Shown here one piece after another: positions 1 to 10,115 of a stretch of 20,000 nt of DNA. Position 1 is the first letter of the stretch. Each line of letters starts with the position of its first letter. A model generated the notes under the pieces. That model had not been told where the DNA came from and made no database searches. It saw only the letters and a program-made list of their open reading frames with translations. A program made the position numbers and the translations under genes. Source of the DNA: Chiloscyllium plagiosum (taxonomy: Eukaryota); contig NC_057752.1 in NCBI RefSeq assembly GCF_004010195.1, positions 3,267,753-3,287,752 on the forward strand, in the 5' to 3' direction.

Positions 1-40
1 AATGCTGCACCTCGCATTTATCTGAATTAAACTCCATATC
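1..40 (-). mobile_element. CR1 LINE ORF2 fragment running off the window edge
   Basis: Reverse complement translates DMEFNSDKCEVQH, matching the CR1 RT motif WQMEFNxDKCEVxHF. Confidence 0.7.
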
Positions 41-828
41 ACATCGTTACACCAGCACAATTCCCTTCCCTGTGGCTGTTGTTGTACATTGCAAAACCTG
101 GCTGAAGTTTACTATCCAACGTTACAAAGTGAGTGTGCGATAGCATGAGACTATTTTTAATCCAGTTAGCTCAAAGATCACTTATGAAAATTGCTGGGAG
201 ACTGTTGAGAGCGCGAGAGAGAAAAAGCTAACGCTGTAAAAGGAACATAATCAGAGTCAAATATCAAACCCATGCTTCATCATTAGTGTCTTGGATATGA
301 CAAAGCCAGCGTACAGACCTCGCTGAATTATTCATCCGCCTATTAAATGAAACTACACACAGCTTCAAAAACTCCAAAGTGCTGGGACAAAATGTTGGAT
401 GAGCTGGATCTCAGCTAACATTGTGCATTGAAGGTTCCCTGTGGAAAGTCTCAGTAATTTAAAAAGTTGAGTTCGCCACTGATCGGGAGTATTTTCCACT
501 GACACATCACAGGAAGGGGACATCAATGGACCTGTCACTTGAATGTACTGGAGTTATTTTTCCAACGTCAGTGAGGAAACTTCAGCGAGAACAAAAGCGG
601 ACTCGTCTCCGCCATGAATTGCTATTAATTTTTGCTTTAACGCGCTGAAGGACTGTCTCTTTGAATGATCAGTTTAACCATGCTTGCAATGTTAAGCAGG
701 TGCTGCAACTGTGTAGCCTTCGTGGCATGGAAACCAAGCAGAACCTCAGAGACAAGCAACACAAATTGAATCCTCGCTCTGCATGGCTCTCCCTATCCAC
801 TTCAAACTGGACCCCTTCCAACCTTCAG

Positions 829-1246
829 AGTCGAGATTACACTGGTGCTGGAAAAGCACAGCAGGTCAGGCAGCATCTGAGGAGCAGGAAAATCGATGTT
901 TCAGGCAAAAGCCCTTCATCAGGAATGAAGGCGGGGAGCCTGCGGGGTGGAGAGATAAATGGGAGGGGGGGGTGGGGCTGGGGAAAAGGTAGCCAAGAGT
1001 ACAATAGGTGGATGGAGGTGGGGATGAAGGTGATAGGTCAGAGAGGAGGGTGGAGCAGATAAGGAAGATTGGCAGGTAGGACAGGTCATGAGGGCGGTGC
1101 TGAGCTGGAAGTTTGGAACTAGGGTGAGGTGGGGGGAAGGGGAAATGCGGAAATTGGTGAAGTCCACATTGAGGCCCTGGGGTTGAAGTGTTCCGAGGCG
1201 GAAGATGAGGCGTTCTTCCTCCAAGCATCGGGTGGTGAGGCCCAGA
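829..1246 (-). mobile_element. Penelope-like element, 5'-truncated (GIY-YIG endonuclease C-terminus plus 3' region with hammerhead motif), 12-bp TSD
   Basis: Minus strand encodes LTTRCLEEERLIFRLGTLQPQGLNVDF, the typical PLE endonuclease end. The pyrimidine-rich 3' region carries a CUGAUGA..GAAA motif. Exact direct repeat TCCAACCTTCAG at 817-828 and 1247-1258. Confidence 0.88.
891..926 (-). ncRNA. Minimal type-I hammerhead ribozyme motif (PLE-associated)
   Basis: Minus strand reads AUUC-CUGAUGA(922-916)-A-GGGC-UUUU-GCCU-GAAA(902-899)-CA-UC-GAUU. Confidence 0.7.
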
Positions 1247-1274
1247 TCCAACCTTCAGCCAAATCAAATTGCTG

Positions 1275-1399
1275 AGGTTTTATTCATCAAGGCATAACCG
1301 TGAGGAGGCTATCCTGAACTTGGATAAGACACTGCTCCAGCATCAGCTGGAGTATGACAACCAGTTCTGGGTGCTGTACTTTGGGAAGAATGTGTAAGG

Positions 1400-1433
<34 letters not shown>

Positions 1434-1470
1434 AGAGTGCAGGGAAGAGTTACTCGAATGGTTGCAGGGA
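1275..1470 (+). mobile_element. Old, degenerate CR1 LINE ORF2 fragment (piece 1 of a fragmented copy)
   Basis: Decayed KTL..QLEY..QFW..FGKNV...RVQGRVTRMVAG motif. A (GA)n tract has expanded inside it. Confidence 0.7.
1403..1430. repeat. (GA)14 microsatellite
   Basis: Direct reading. Confidence 0.95.
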
Positions 1471-1509
1471 GGAGGGACTCATGTTCGAAGGTGGGTCGGA
1501 GAAGTTGGG

Positions 1510-1787
1510 ATAAATGCATAGAAGGCTGGAGAAACTCAGCAGGTCTTTCAGCAGCTGTGCAGACGGAAAGAAAGATGGTGTTTCGGTTTCAATATTGGAG
1601 CCATTATTGGACTGAACCATTCGCTCCGCGAAAAGAGAAACAGAATTAATGTTTTGAGTCCACGATGGCTCTTATAGTGAAATCGAAACACCATCCCCCT
1701 TTCTTTCTGCACAGATACAAAAAGACCTCCTTGACCATTCGATGTCCTTATTTCTGATCTCCAGCATCCGCAGCGTTTTGCTTTTGC
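1510..1787. mobile_element. Degenerate PLE-derived fold-back remnant inserted in the old CR1
   Basis: gctggagaaactcagcaggtc.. on the left and ..tctccagcatccgcag on the right resemble the other PLE termini here. Inverted arms include gatggtgtttcggtttca (~1574-1591) and tgaaatcgaaacaccatc (~1678-1695). Confidence 0.6.
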
Positions 1788-1788
1788 A

Positions 1789-1866
1789 TTGGAGAAATTG
1801 GGACTATTATCCCTGAAGAAGAGAAGGTAGGAGAGGAGATTTGAGAGATGCGTTCGAAATCGTGAC
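1789..1866 (+). mobile_element. Old CR1 fragment (piece 2)
   Basis: Translates LEKLGLLSLKKRR, then (frameshifted) RGDLRDAFEIV, continuing piece 1. Confidence 0.65.
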
Positions 1867-1870
1867 TGCC

Positions 1871-2628
1871 TAGAGTCATACAGCCCGGGAACAGAACCTT
1901 CGGCTCAACCAGTCCATGCTGCCCATTATCCCAAACTAACCTAGTCCCACCTGCCTGCTCCTGGCCCATGTCCCTCCAAACCTTTCCTATTCATGTATTT
2001 ATCCCAATGTCTTGTAATTGTCTCCACATCCACCACTTCCTCAGTAAGTTCATTCCACACACGAACCACCCTCTGTGTGAAAACAAATTCCCCTCATGTT
2101 TTTTTAAAATCTCTCTCCGCTCACCTTAAAAATAGTCTTGAAATCCCCCATCCTAGAGAAACAACAACTACCATTAATTCTATATCTACCCCCATGATCT
2201 TTTAAACCGAATTAAGGTCACCTCTCAACCTCCTACGTTCCAGTGAAAAACGTCCCTGCCTATCCAGCCTTTCTTTCTAACTCAAGTCTTCCAGACCCGG
2301 CAACATCCTGGAAAAGTCGGGGAAAATTACGGCAGGTGCTGGAATCTGTTCTGAAAACAGCAAATGACGGAGATCAGAGCGGGTCGGGCAGCATCCGTGG
2401 AGAGAGAGCAAGCTAGCGTTTTGACTCAAGATGACTCTTCATCAGAACATCCTGGTAAATCTCTTCCAAACCCTCTCCAGATTAATAATATCCTTCCTAT
2501 AACAGGGCGACCAGAACTGGACACAGTATTCCAGATGAGGCCTCACCAATGTCCTGTACAACCTCAACATAACATCCCAACTCCTATACTCAAAGGACTG
2601 AGCAATGCAGGCAAGTGTGCTAAACACA
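1871..2628 (-). mobile_element. CR1 (HER1-like) LINE 3' end, 5'-truncated, interrupted by a 134-bp PLE piece
   Basis: Minus ORF reads [47 protein letters not shown]. The 3' UTR and tail (..tatgactcta) end at ~1871. Confidence 0.92.
2312..2445 (-). mobile_element. Short PLE terminal fragment with decayed hammerhead, 10-bp TSD
   Basis: AACATCCTGG duplicated at 2302-2311 and 2446-2455. Minus strand starts CUGAUGA-AGAGUC-AUCUU-GAGUC-AAAA (GAAA box mutated). Confidence 0.82.
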
Positions 2629-2639
2629 TTTTTAACCAT

Positions 2640-2807
2640 AATGGGAATGTTCTCTCCATTGGGAGAAGAGTCAAGAACCATAGGATACAGATTTAAGGTA
2701 ATTGGCAAAACGCTGACAGGATGAAAAGGTTTTTCACACAGTGAATAGTTACGTTCTGGGGTACACTGCCTGACAGCATGATGGAGGAAGGCAAAGTTAG
2801 GGCATTT
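2640..2807 (+). mobile_element. Old CR1 fragment (piece 3)
   Basis: Frameshifted pieces read SPLGEESRT/IGYRFKVIGK..RMKRFFTQ*IVTFWGTLPDSMMEE..VRAF. Confidence 0.7.
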
Positions 2808-3527
2808 ATAGAGTCACAGAGATGTACAGAACGGAAACAGACCCTTCGGCCCACCACATCTATGCCGACCAGATATCCTAAGTTAATCGAGCCCAATGTG
2901 CCAGCACTTGGCTCATATCCCTCCAAACCCTCCTATTCATATACCCATCCAAATGCCCTTTAAATGTTGCAATTGTACCAGCCTCCACCACTTCCTCTGG
3001 CAGCTCATTCCATACACGCACCATGCTCTTTGTGAAAAAGTTGCCCCTTAGGTCTCTTTTATATCTTCCCCTTCTCACCCTAAACCTATGCCCTCTAGTT
3101 CTGGACTCCCACACCCCAGAGAAAAGGCCTTGTCTATTTATCCTATCCATGCCCCTCATGATTTTATAAACCTCTCAGGTCACCCCTCAGCCTCCGATGC
3201 TCCAGGGAAAACAGCCCCAGCCTCTCCCTGTTCAGCCTCTCCCTGTAGCTCAAACCCTCCAACCCTGGCAACATCCTTGTAAATCTTTTCTGAACCCTTT
3301 CAAGTTTCACAACATCTTTCCGATAGGAAGGAGACCAGAACTGCACGCAATATTCCAACAGTGGCCTAACCAATGTCCTGTACAGCTACAACATGACCTC
3401 CCAACTTCTATACTCAATGCTCTGAGCAATATAGGAAAGCATACCAAACGCCTTCTTCACTATCCTATCTACTGGCGACTCCACTTTCAAGGAGCTATGA
3501 ACCTGCACTCCAAGGTCTCTTTGTTCA
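2808..3527 (-). mobile_element. CR1 (HER1-like) LINE 3' end, 5'-truncated
   Basis: Minus ORFs read [37 protein letters not shown] and MRGMDRINRQGLF..SRTRGHRFRV..WNELPEEVVEAGT, followed by the 3' UTR. A small internal duplication cagcctctccctgt lies at ~3218-3246. Confidence 0.95.
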
Positions 3528-3565
3528 AGAGGGAATTTGACTGTTGTCTGAAAGGAAGAATGAGT
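3525..3565 (+). mobile_element. Old CR1 fragment (piece 4)
   Basis: FKREFDCCLKG continues the AF of piece 3 (AFKRELD motif). Confidence 0.55.
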
Positions 3566-3769
3566 TGAGTAATTTCCCTGTCAATCATGCCCAAAGTCAG
3601 CCCAGCTTCACATGATTGGGATTAGTTTTCTCCACATCCTTTGTATTATCCTCCACTTACTATATTTTGTCAGCAAAATAATCCTGCTGTACTTGGGAGA
3701 CTCTACAACAGTTTCAGGCACCAGACGGGGTATTCTGTAAATTAAACTGAGAACAACTGCCTTCGATTC

Positions 3770-4774
3770 AATATTTAACACTGGAGCCCCCCAGGGGTGT
3801 GTACTCAGCCCCTACTGTACTCACTGTATGCCCATAACTGCATCACCAAATACCAGACTAATGCCATTTACAAGTTCGCTGATGACACCACCATAGTCGG
3901 TCGAATCTCAGATGGCGACGAAACAGACTACAGATGTGAGGTGGAAGACCTGGAAAAATGGTGCACTGAGAACAACCCAGCTCTCAATGCTGGCAAAACC
4001 AAGGAACTCATTATTGACTTTCGGCAGGATGTTACTCATGCCCCCCCTTCTCCCCCACACATTAACAGCACAGAGTGGAACCAGTGGGGAGTGTCAAGCT
4101 TCTGGGAGTGGGTCATCCACAACAAGCTTTCTTGGACTCTTCATGGGGGCGCACTGGTTACAAAGGCCCAACAACGTCTCTTCTTCCTCAGGCAGCTGAG
4201 GAAATTTGGCATGACGGCGAATACCCTTGCCAACTTTTATAGGTGTGCCATCGAGAGCATTCTGTTTGGATGTATCACTATCTGGTATGACAACTGTACC
4301 ATACAAGATCAGAGACGGTTACAGAGAGTGGTGAACTTAGCTCAGACAATCACAAGGGCCAACCTCCCATCAATAGAATTCATCTACCAGGCCACTGTCA
4401 AGGAAAGGCAGCCAGCATTCTCAAAGATCCATCCCACCCTGGCAATGNNNNNNNNNNNNNNNNNNNNNNNNNNNNNNNNNNNNNNNNNNNNNNNNNNNNN
4501 NNNNNNNNNNNNNNNNNNNNNNNNNNNNNNNNNNNNNNNNNNNNNNNNNNNNNNNNNNNNNNNNNNNNNCTGTTGTTAGAATACTGAATGGACTCACAAA
4601 CTCTTAACGTTCACCTGTACCTGTGTTTTGGTTTTTGCCGCTGTTTACCTATTATTTACTTATCTATTCTACTTAACTCTGTGACCTGCCTGTATTGCTT
4701 GCAAGACAAAGCTTTTCACTGCGCCTCGGTACACATGACAATAAATTCAATTCAATTCAACTCAATTCAATTCA
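3770..4774 (+). mobile_element. Rex1/Babar-like non-LTR retrotransposon 3' end (RT domain fragment, frameshifted) with (TTCAA)n tail
   Basis: NTGAPQGCVLSP/LLYSLY..YKFADDTTIVGRIS..KTKELIIDFR..KAQQRLFFLRQLRKF..FYRCAIESIL. AATAAA at 4740-4745 is followed by (TTCAA)n at 4746-4774. Confidence 0.9.
4448..4569. other. Assembly gap (122 N)
   Basis: Run of N. Confidence 1.
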
Positions 4775-5064
4775 TTGCTTACATAGCATTGTCAATATCT
4801 CCTCCTATCTTTTCTTTGGATCACCAGCCTTGAATTCTGCATGTTAAAATGCTGTGGCCACTTACACATGCAAACAACGCTGTTGGTATTCTGTGCACTG
4901 AGGTAAACCCACTTGGATCGCAGATAATTTCAATTATTCAAGCCGAAGAGGTCAATGAAAGGGCTGAGGTTGCACAAGGGAAAATAAACCTGTCAAGGTT
5001 CCATAATTCGATGGCTGGAATTCACAACATTTGCTTGTCTTTTATTCCAGCAAGGTCTGCACCT

Positions 5065-5490
5065 CCGTACAGAGAAGATCATCGGATCTGTCTGCCCTCC
5101 ATTACACACATTTACACCACGCTGCATCCACAAGGCCACACACCCCTCACTCAAACTCTTCTCCCTCCTGCCATCTGGCAGCAGATACCAGAGCATTCGG
5201 ACTCTCACAGCCAGACTGCGCAATAGATCCCCCCCCCAGCCCCCACCCCCCCCGCGGGCCCCCGGGCCATCACGTTCCTTCATACTGTATCATCACACTA
5301 TTCCATTTGCAATTTTTGGACGACTTTTCAAATTGCTGCTAATACGATGTTTTATTAATGCTCATTCACTGCTACATTTTAATTTGTCCACCGCTGTACC
5401 TATTGTCTTGTCAGAAATTACTGTGCTCTCTTGCATGTTTTGCATTTCTCTCTGCAGTTTATGCTGCTCTGTGTATGACTGTACTGTCTG
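5065..5490 (+). mobile_element. Rex1/Babar-like LINE 3' fragment, degenerate
   Basis: Frameshifted pieces EKIIG / LPSITHIYTT / HPSLKLFSLLPSGSRYQSIRTLTARLRN, followed by a T-rich putative 3' UTR. The right boundary is uncertain. Confidence 0.7.
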
Positions 5491-5604
5491 AAAAATCCTG
5501 CTGTGACATTTTGTTGATTGAGGATGATTGTCCTCAGGCTTTGACTTTTTATCTCTCTGTCTCTCTCGCTCTCCAGCGACTTGTCTGTCCATTTCTGACT
5601 GCTT

Positions 5605-6220
5605 ATGCTTTCCTTTATTGGTCAGAGTATTGAGTACAGGAGTTGGGAGGTCATGTTGCGGCTGTACAGGACATTGGTTAGGCCGCTGTTGGAATGTTGC
5701 GTGCATTTCTGGCCTCCTTCCTGTGGGAAGGATGTCGGGAAAGGGTTCAGAAAAGATTTACAAGGATGTTGGAGGGTTTGAGCAATAAGGAGAGGCTGAA
5801 CAGGCTGGGGATGTTTTCCCTGGAGCGTTGGAGACTGAGGGGTGACCTTATAAAGGTTTATAAAATCATGAGGGGCATGGATGGGATAAATAGACAAAGT
5901 CTTTTCCCTCGGGTGGGGAAGTCCGGAACTAGAGGGCATAGGTTTAGGTGAGAGGGGAAAGATATAAAAGAGACCTAAGGGGCAACTTTTTCACACAGAG
6001 GGTGGTACGGGTATGGAATGAGCTGCCAGAGGAAGTGGTGGAGGCTGGTACAATGACAGCATTTAAAAGGCATCTGGATGGGTTTATGAATAGGAAGGGT
6101 TCAGAGGGATATGTGCAGAGTGCTGGCAAATGGCACTAGATTAGGTTAGGATATCTGGTCGGCATGGATGGGTTGGGCCGAAGGGTCTGTTTCCATGCTG
6201 TCCATCCCGATGACTCTATG
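5605..6220 (+). mobile_element. CR1 (HER1-like) LINE 3' end, 5'-truncated
   Basis: [72 protein letters not shown]. The 3' UTR ends atgactctatg. Confidence 0.95.
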
Positions 6221-6769
6221 CTCATCTCTGATGCTGCCAAATCGTGACTTTCTCCATCCCTCTTGTCACCACCTCCTGAATTAGCCACATGATGTGTTTG
6301 GCAAGAGAGGGAGGAGTTGGTTGAACAGTGGCATGTCCCAAGATGCTGGAGTTGAAACAGGATTTCTTAATCCCCGAACAGACTTCAGAGGACACTCACT
6401 TCAGTGCACATCAGATATGAATGATGGAAGCTTTTCCATTTTAATTAAATAAAGTCTGGTCTGATTCACCAAAGAAGCGTATTAAATTAAATAATTGATT
6501 AGACACAAGTATCGTCAGGTTAAACAAATACAAACAGAAGGTAATTAATAACAGGAGTATTCCTTAATGCCTTTGCATTTCCTAAACGGATCTGCCATTG
6601 CGATTATTAATGCTTTACTGAGCCAGGGTTGGAGTAATATGCAGGCGAGAAATGCATCACCGTTTGTGCACTGAGTAAACCACCATCACAGAGATGATGA
6701 GACCCCTCTCTCTCACCTTGGGTCATCAGTCTGTCAAATTCTCTCCCCCAGAGACGTCGGGCCACCCAA

Positions 6770-6913
6770 TATGATAGATCGACAAGGAGGTCAAAAGGTT
6801 AAAGGGGGGGATGGATAAGATGTGGAGTTGAGGCCACAGTCAGATCAGCTATGATCTTATGAAATGGCAGAGGGGGTTCGAGGGGTTGAATGGCCTACTT
6901 GCTGTCCTAATTC
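6770..6913 (+). mobile_element. Older CR1-type 3' UTR remnant
   Basis: gtggagttgaggccacagtcagatcagctatgatctt..aatggcctact..cctaattc resembles a CR1 3' terminus. Confidence 0.6.
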
Positions 6914-6942
6914 ATAGAGTCGCAGAACGTGAAAGCAGAGAA

Positions 6943-7016
6943 ATATTATTAAATTGGAAACAAAATTATAAGAATGTTACCGGGTCTGGAAGGTTTGCGT
7001 TATAAGGAGAGGCCGT
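6943..7016 (+). mobile_element. Short CR1 ORF2 piece (part of the left arm of an inverted repeat)
   Basis: [20 protein letters not shown]. It is the reverse complement of ~7515-7598. Confidence 0.75.
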
Positions 7017-7730
7017 ATAGAGTCATACAGCACGGAAACAGACCCTTCGGTCCAACCCGTCCATGCTGACCAGATATTCCAACCCAATCTAGTCCCACCT
7101 GCCAGCACTTTGCACATATCCCTCTGAACCTTTCCTATTCATATACCCATCCAGATACCTTTTAAATGCTGTCATTGTACCAGCCTCCACCACTTCCTCT
7201 GGCAGCTCATTCCATACCCGTACCACCCTCTGTGTGAAAAGATTGCCCCTTAGGTCCCTTTTATATCTTTCCCCTCTCACCTTAAACCTATGCCCTCTAG
7301 TTCTGGACTCCCCAACCCCAGGGAAAAGACCTGGTCTGTTCACCCTATCCATGCCCCTCATGATTTTCTAAATCTCTGTAAGGTCACTCCCTCAGCCTCC
7401 GACGCTCCCTGGTAAAAAAAGTCCCAGCCTATTGTGGGATTAGTTTAGTTTGGGAACATGGTCTGCATGGACGGGTTGGACCGAAGGGTCTGTTTCCATG
7501 TTGTATGACTCTATCCGGCCTCTCCTTATAACGCAAACCTTCCAGACCCACTAACATCCTTGTAATTTGTTTCTGTATGCTTTCCAATTTAATAATATCC
7601 TTCCTGTAGCAGGGAGACTAGAACTGCATGCAATATTCCAAAAGTGGCCTCACCAATGTCCTGTACAGCCGCAACATGACCTCCCAACTCCTGTACTCAG
7701 TGCACTGACTGACGAAGGCAAGCAAACCAA
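7017..7730 (-). mobile_element. CR1 (HER1-like) LINE 3' end, interrupted by an ~80-bp opposite-strand CR1 tail
   Basis: Minus ORFs read [36 protein letters not shown] and MRGMDRVNRPGLFPGVGESRTRGHRFKV..SAGRWD. Confidence 0.92.
7434..7514 (+). mobile_element. CR1 extreme 3' tail fragment
   Basis: gtgggattagtttagtttgg..ggaccgaagggtctgtttccatgttgtatgactctat, inserted at a CTAT microhomology. Confidence 0.85.
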
Positions 7731-8029
7731 TCGAGGGGTGATACTGGGACGGGGGAGGCGTGTCAGATGGTGAATACTGGGGCGAATTGTGGAGGCAAAG
7801 GGCAACATGGAGTAGCATGGGACAGAAAGGCAGCTGCACACGCCAGAGGCAAGGCTGTATGGAGCAAGAGGCCTATGAGTTGAAGAGAGATAAAGCCACC
7901 AGCCACATGATCAGCAGACTTATGGGTGATGGGTAGGCTAAGAGTTTGAATTGAGGAAACACACAGCACGTTGCATATTTGTCTGGGAAGGCTCCCCCGA
8001 AGAAAGAGAAGCCTCGAAACAACACCAAG

Positions 8030-8200
8030 AGTGAGAATGTCAGTTGAAGTGAACAGTGTGGATCCATTTAAGGGCAAGCTGGACAAGTGTGTGAGACAGA
8101 GAAGGAAACAGAGGCAGACAATGACAGGTTTAGATGAGGGAACTTGGCAAGTCGCTCAACTGGAAATGTAAGCACTAGGGTAAAGTCACAACACCAAATA
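8030..8200 (+). mobile_element. Old CR1 3' remnant
   Basis: VEVNSVDPFKGKLDKCVR motif. Confidence 0.55.
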
Positions 8201-8229
8201 GCCTGCATCTGTGCCATACCTTCTAAGTA

Positions 8230-8730
8230 TGAAAGAGTCCAGAAAAAATTTACAAGGATGTTGCCGGGGTTGGAGGATTTGAGCTATAGGGAGAGGTTGA
8301 ATTGGCTAGGGCTGTTTTCCCTGGAGCATCGGAGGCTGAGGGGTGACCTTATCGAGGTTTATAAAATCATGAGGGGCTTGGATAGGGTAAATAGACAAGG
8401 TCTTTTCTCTGGGTTGGTGGAGTCCAGAACTAGAGGGCATAGGTTTAGGGTGAGAGGGGAAAGATTTAAAAGGGACCTGAGAGGCAACCTTTTCACTCAG
8501 AGGGCGGTGCGTGTATGGAATGAGCTGCCAGGGGGAGTGGTGGAGGCTGGTACAATGACAACATTTAAAAGGCATCTGGATGGGTATCTGAATAAGAAGG
8601 GTTTAGAAGGATATGAGCCAAATGCTGGCAGGTTCGACTAGATTGGGTTAGGATATCTGGTCGGCACGGACAGGTTGGACCCGAAGGGTCTGCTTCTGTG
8701 CTGTACAGCTCTCTGATGCTATGACTCTAT
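8230..8730 (+). mobile_element. CR1 (HER1-like) LINE 3' end, 5'-truncated
   Basis: Open frame [55 protein letters not shown]. The 3' UTR ends atgactctat. Confidence 0.95.
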
Positions 8731-8814
8731 AAATGGTGAAGAGTGGGACTTTGTACCTCAGAGAGATAGCCTACCCATCAGCCATGGGCCAATGATCATG
8801 TGGATGGTGTCAGT

Positions 8815-8955
8815 GGTGACTCTGTTGGTAGTACGCTCGCCCACTCCAGTTCAAGTCCCACTCCAGAGAGTCGAGCTTGAAAATCCAGGTGGCTCTGAGG
8901 GAGTGCAGGGTGCTCTCGCCCTTGAGGGTAATGTTAAACGGAGGTTCCTGCTTTC
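8815..8955 (+). mobile_element. DeuSINE/SacSINE-like tRNA-derived SINE head, degenerate
   Basis: gttggtagtacgctcgcc..gttcaagtcccactccagag..ctgagggagtgc..gttaaacggagg. Homologous to the minus-strand copy at 13034-13192. Confidence 0.6.
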
Positions 8956-9197
8956 TCAGGAGCCCGTGGCACTGTGGTCTGCTCCCCCTCTCATTTGCTG
9001 CCTTTATAACCGGAAGGGTGGTGGCAAAGCGAAGGAGGTTGGGGGCAGGTCGTACAATTTCGCTGCAAACTCCAAAGGCTGGGGATCCACAAAGAATGTC
9101 AACAAAGACTACAAGTACCCTCCACCCATACATTGACAGCAGTGGCACTGGGCTATTACCCAGAATGCTTCAGATGTAGACAGTGGTACGATTCAGA

Positions 9198-9436
9198 GTA
9201 ACATAGAAAATGGGAGCAGGAATAGGCCATTCGGCCCTTTGAGCCTGCTTCATCATTCAGTATTATTGATCCTGACCTTTCAACTCAGTCCCCTGTTCCT
9301 GCTTTCGCTTCCATATCCTTTACTCCCTTTAGCCCGAAGAACTATATCAAACTCCCTTGTGAAAACATTCAATGTTTCGCTGTCAACAATTTTGGGTGGC
9401 AGAGAATTCCATCTCTGTGGGAAGACATTTCTCCTC
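9198..9436 (-). mobile_element. Older CR1 3' end
   Basis: Antisense tail aacatagaaaatgggagcaggaataggccattcggccc and ..ggcagagaattcca (WNSLP on the minus strand). Confidence 0.75.
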
Positions 9437-9725
9437 GACGCAACAGCATATGGTTGAGGGCATTTGGCAGAGGATCAAGATTGTTCTCAATCAGATATGT
9501 ACTAAATGATTCAAATAAGCTTCCAGCAGCCACTCTTTCCCTTTTATGTGTCTCTCCTTCTCTTCGCAATCCTGTTCCTACCCCGTTCCTTTCTTTAAGG
9601 CGTCTTCTGACATTTTCCACCCGAGAGGCCATTTTGGTTTCTTTGGTCATGGGATGCCATGCTGCCAACCCCAGTTGTTTCTGAACTGAGTGGCTGGCTG
9701 GACAGCTGAGAGTCCACCCCATTGC

Positions 9726-9915
9726 CAGAGATAGAGATTGCTGGAAAAACTCGGCTGGGTGGGGGGGGGGGGGTGTCTGGCAGCATCAGTGGAGAGAAAT
9801 CGGGGTGAGTGAGCTGAAAGGTTCACTCTGATTTCTCTCCACAGATGTTGCCAGACCCCCCTGCTGAGCTTTTCCAGCAATCTCTAGCACAGATTTGCAG
9901 CATCCACAGTCCTTT
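9726..9915. mobile_element. PLE-derived fold-back (inverted terminal fragments)
   Basis: Arms 9732-9808 and 9823-9886 are imperfect reverse complements. CATTGC flanks both sides (9720-9725, 9920-9925). Confidence 0.75.
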
Positions 9916-10054
9916 CACACATTGCTATGGGTCTGGAGTCACATGTAGGCCAGGCCTGGTAAGAGAGGCAGATTTCCTTCCCTTCAAGAACACGGGTGAA
10001 TTAGACAGCCTCTGACAATTCAATGCCAGACTCTTTGATATTTTCCCTAACCAA

Positions 10055-10115
10055 TGTGGTGCTATTACACCCCTCTGGAGCAGGTAGGACTTGAACTCAG
10101 GTCTCTGGCTGAGAG
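10055..10115 (-). mobile_element. tRNA-derived SINE head fragment
   Basis: cctctggagcaggtaggacttgaac matches the copy at 13722-13800. Minus-strand B-box is gttcaagtcc. Confidence 0.55.

Noticed and set aside
661..1267. Overlapping 110-133 aa ORFs
   Set aside because: They are read-throughs of the low-complexity PLE 3' region. Only the short endonuclease tail is meaningful.
3797..4579. 260-aa ORF as a functional reverse transcriptase gene
   Set aside because: It is a 5'-truncated, frameshifted Rex1-like LINE fragment, and the ORF length is inflated by the N gap.
8144..8641. 165-aa ORF as a host gene
   Set aside because: It is the C-terminus of CR1 ORF2 fused to flanking sequence, with no complete domain.
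8792..9179. Three overlapping 100-114 aa ORFs as an exon
   Set aside because: The first half is a SINE remnant, the peptides are unrecognisable, and there is no convincing splice-site pair.
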